Shown: positions 61,046 to 64,000 of the stretch, in pieces
Layout: the number at the start of each line of letters is the position of its first letter
Position numbering within the stretch: position 1 is the first letter of the stretch
Made by a program: the position numbers and the translations under genes
From: Octopus sinensis
Lineage: Eukaryota
Reading direction: 5' to 3'
Assembly (NCBI RefSeq): GCF_006345805.1
Contig: NC_043016.1
Location: 32,798,001 to 32,862,000, forward strand
DNA length: 64,000 nucleotides
Notes under the pieces: model-generated
Databases searched by the model: none
The model's input: only the letters and a program-made list of their open reading frames with translations
Told to the model about the DNA's origin: nothing

Positions 61046-61907
61046 CTCTTTCTCTGGATGGGTAACCTTGTATTCCTCTGCAGCAAGACACTTCTATCTG
61101 TCCTCCTCCTCCAATGACTCCTCTCTTGAAATTTTTTTTTGTCTAGCAAGTACTTGGCGACCCTGTCAGTGCAGGTGCCATTTAAAAGTACCCCAGTTCA
61201 CACTGTAAAGTGGTTAGTGTTTGGTAGGGCGTCCAACTGTAAAAGCCTTGCCAAAACTGACCTCACCTGTGCTTGTGCCATGTAAAAAGCTCTGCCACAT
61301 ATAAGAGTCCACTCTGCTTAGTGGTTGGTGTTATGAAAGGTATCCATCTGTAAAAATCCTGCCAAAACAGTCACAGAAGTCTGGTGCAGGCTTCTGCCTG
61401 GCTGGCTCTTGTCAAACCGTCCCACCCATGCCAGCATGGAAGGTAGACGTTAAATGATGATATATATATATATAAATAATTTGACCAACCAGATCATTGG
61501 ATATTGTTATATATCACTGGTTACAATGTGCTTTGCATCATTTTAGCTTTTGAATGATGCTATATATGGGATGTATGTGTGTGTATGATTCCTCTGCACA
61601 TTGCTGTTTTTATGCTCAGTCCAATTGCATAGCACACACACACACACACAACAATAATAACAGGGGATGGTAATTAATAGGTTTTATTAAACTTTATTAA
61701 TCAAGCTTAATTAACAAAGCCTTTGAATTTCAATCTGCATGTTATTATTGTAGTATTTATCCTAAGCAGAAAGGAGTTCCAAATGTATGCCCATACTATT
61801 AGATTACCCTGGGAGATGGAATTAACATGTGGCAGCTGACATTAAGAAGCACAGGAGCTTTTAAGAAGGCATAATGAGGCTTTTGCCCAAACTAAACTAA
61901 ACAGATA

Positions 61908-62225
61908 AGGTGCATGGCTCAGTGGTTAGAGTGTCAGGCTCACAATCATGAGGTAATGAGTTTGATTCCCGGACCGGGCTGCGTGTTGTGTTCTTGAGCA
62001 AGACACTTTATTTCATGTTGCTCCAGTTCACTCAGCTGTAGAAATGAGTTGCGATGTCACTGGTACCAAGCTGTTGGCCTTTGCCTTGGATAACATTGGT
62101 GGCATGAAGAGGGGAGGCTGGTATGCATGGCTGGTCTTTCATAAACAACCTTGCCTGGACTTGTGCCTCAGAGGGGAACTTCTAGGTGTAATCCCATGGT
62201 CACTCATGACTGAAGGGTGTCATTA
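61908..62225 (+). mobile_element. tRNA-derived SINE family 2
   Basis: Head GGCTCAGTGGTTAGAG...TTTGATTCCC, body CTTGAGCAAGACACTTTATTTCATGTTGCTCCAGTTCACTCAGCTG; partial inverted copy at 63235-63415. Confidence 0.75.
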
Positions 62226-62884
62226 CCTATACATACATACATCACACATATGCACACACACACACACACCTGTGAAATTATAGTCATTACTGGTGCCATG
62301 TAAATGGTACTCATGCTGGTGGCACATAAAAGCACCCATTGCCCTCTTGGGGTGGTTGGCATTAGGAAGGGCATCCAGCTCTTCTTAAATTAGACTGGAA
62401 TCTGATGCAGCTCTCCAGCTTACCAGTTTCAGTCAAACCATGTAACCCATCAATATGTGTGTGTACCACAAAGGAATAGGGATTTTAAATCCAGGTAGAT
62501 ACTTTACTAACACTGTTAAAAATCTAGACTTGGCTAGCCACATCAAATATTAGGAAACATTTGGAATCGTTTAGAATAAACAATTGTTTTGGGGCTTCTT
62601 TGAATTGGTAAATCCTGAATTTGCTTCAAAAGATTCTTATAAAATTCAGGGTGTATAAGAAATACAGAATAAAGAATGGAGAATGATACATCTTTTATTA
62701 AAATCTTTTTTTTAGCATATAAAATTCTGCTACATAACTGTCTTAGGGCCCTTAGATGTGATAGTAATCCAAAGATTGACTTTCTTATATAACTTTTTTT
62801 AACCTGGATGAAGTGAACTGAAATGCTGCAGTATCAAAGGTAAATGCCTAAAAAATCATAAGTGATAAGTGAATATAAAAGAAA

Positions 62885-63200
62885 GGGACTGTGTGGTAAG
62901 AAGCTTGCTCCTCAACCACATGGTTCCAGGTTGTCCCACTACATGGTACCTTGGGCAAGCATTTTCTACTATAACCTCAGACCAACCAAAGCCTTGTCAG
63001 TGGATGCATGTGTGTGTGTGTGTATCTTTCTGTCTGTCTTTCCCCTCTCCCACCCCTCACTACTTGACAACAGCTTAGCAGTTCGGCAAAAGAGTCTAAT
63101 ATAATAACCACCAGGCTTAAAAAGAAGTACTGGGGTTGATTCATTCAACAAAAAAATTCAAAGTGGTGTTCCAACATGGCTAAAGTCTAATGACTGAAAC
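62885..63200 (+). mobile_element. Diverged SINE family 1
   Basis: CTGTGTGGTAAG...CTTGGGCAAG...CAACATGGC...AATGACTGAAAC. Confidence 0.65.
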
Positions 63201-63560
63201 TATTTTTTATATTAACTGATGTTATCCAAGGGAAAGGCAAAGGCTGATACAGCTTGGTACCAGTGATATTGCAACTCATTTCCGCAGTTGAGTGAACTGG
63301 AGCAACATGAAATAAAGTGTCTTGCTTAAGAGTACAACACACGGCCCAGTCCAGGAATCGAACTCACTACCTCATAATTGCGAGCCTGATGCCCTAACTA
63401 CTGAGCCATGCACCTTCTTCATGTTATTGTTATTGTCTTTATATACATATATATATTATATATTATCTTTTCTTTTCTTTTTTTTTGCAGTGTGATATAA
63501 CATCAAAGTTTTCTGGACATATCACTGTCAAGTTACACAGGAATACCAATATCTGTGAAA

Positions 63561-64000
63561 ATGCTTCGTCTAAAACGTTATTTATGTTTATTATTTTTCT
63601 TTTCTTTTTATTGCTTGCACACTTGTGTTCATTGGGATGAAAATGCTCCAGAAAAATGAATTGAAATCACAAATTTTAAAAAGTGAACAAAAGAACTATT
63701 CTCAAAATCTTCAAGGTGTAATCAGCCAGTCAGTTGAAATTGCTAAAGATATTATGAAAAAAATTTAGTTTTATTTACTTTTATTAACAATGCTTATTTA
63801 CCTTTTGTCTATAGTTGGTTGTGTAACACTGTTAATATGGGTATCCATGAGCAAATTCTCTTTATTACTACAGATGCTATATCAAAACAACAATTTGAGA
63901 AGGATTGGCCTAATGTCAAAGTTGTTGTGTTGCCCATTACTTCACTAAATGGTAATCAAACTTATAGTAAAGTTGGTTATGTAAAACTAATGGTGAAACG
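63561..64000 (+). CDS. Putative nucleotide-diphospho-sugar transferase (PF03407/GT77-like), N-terminal part; two apparent 1-nt frameshifts
   Basis: Acceptor TTTTTTGCAG at 63490; ATG 63561; hydrophobic anchor (LCLLFFF/SFLFIACTLVFIG); then LVLFTFINNAYLPFVYSWLCNTVNMGIHEQILFITTD...WPNV...GNQTYSKVGYVKLMVKR; family assignment from recalled similarity. Confidence 0.6.

Overview
Eukaryotic, almost entirely repetitive, AT-rich window with one 100-N gap (51584-51683). The tRNA-derived SINEs, (TA)n load and RTE/CR1-type LINEs suggest an octopod cephalopod; this is inferred from repeat character, not from a search. Contents: three Tx1-like (L1 clade) LINE copies; several CR1/Proto2-like and RTE LINEs; a young Ty3/Gypsy (CsRn1-type) LTR element nested in a LINE 3' UTR, with TSD, tRNA-Trp PBS, PPT and a GGGAAAC -1 frameshift site; two non-autonomous Helitron families (tandem and nested); Penelope-like (PLE) fragments; SINEs; an hAT fossil; and, at the right edge, the start of the only host-like gene (a Golgi-type nucleotide-diphospho-sugar transferase). 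The main unannotated signal is RNA-level: ten hammerhead ribozyme (HHR) motifs in about four sequence families. They include a retrozyme-like 364-nt tandem/inverted array with a U3-A8 compensated core (40054-41261), an HHR at the apex of a 375-nt palindrome (37945-38319), and a near-identical motif upstream of a Tx1 ORF1. The array and the palindrome share a TGACCTCCCTT motif exactly 31 nt after the predicted cleavage site. All ribozyme calls are by-eye motif and pairing matches, not tested activity. Many single-base indels may be assembly errors.
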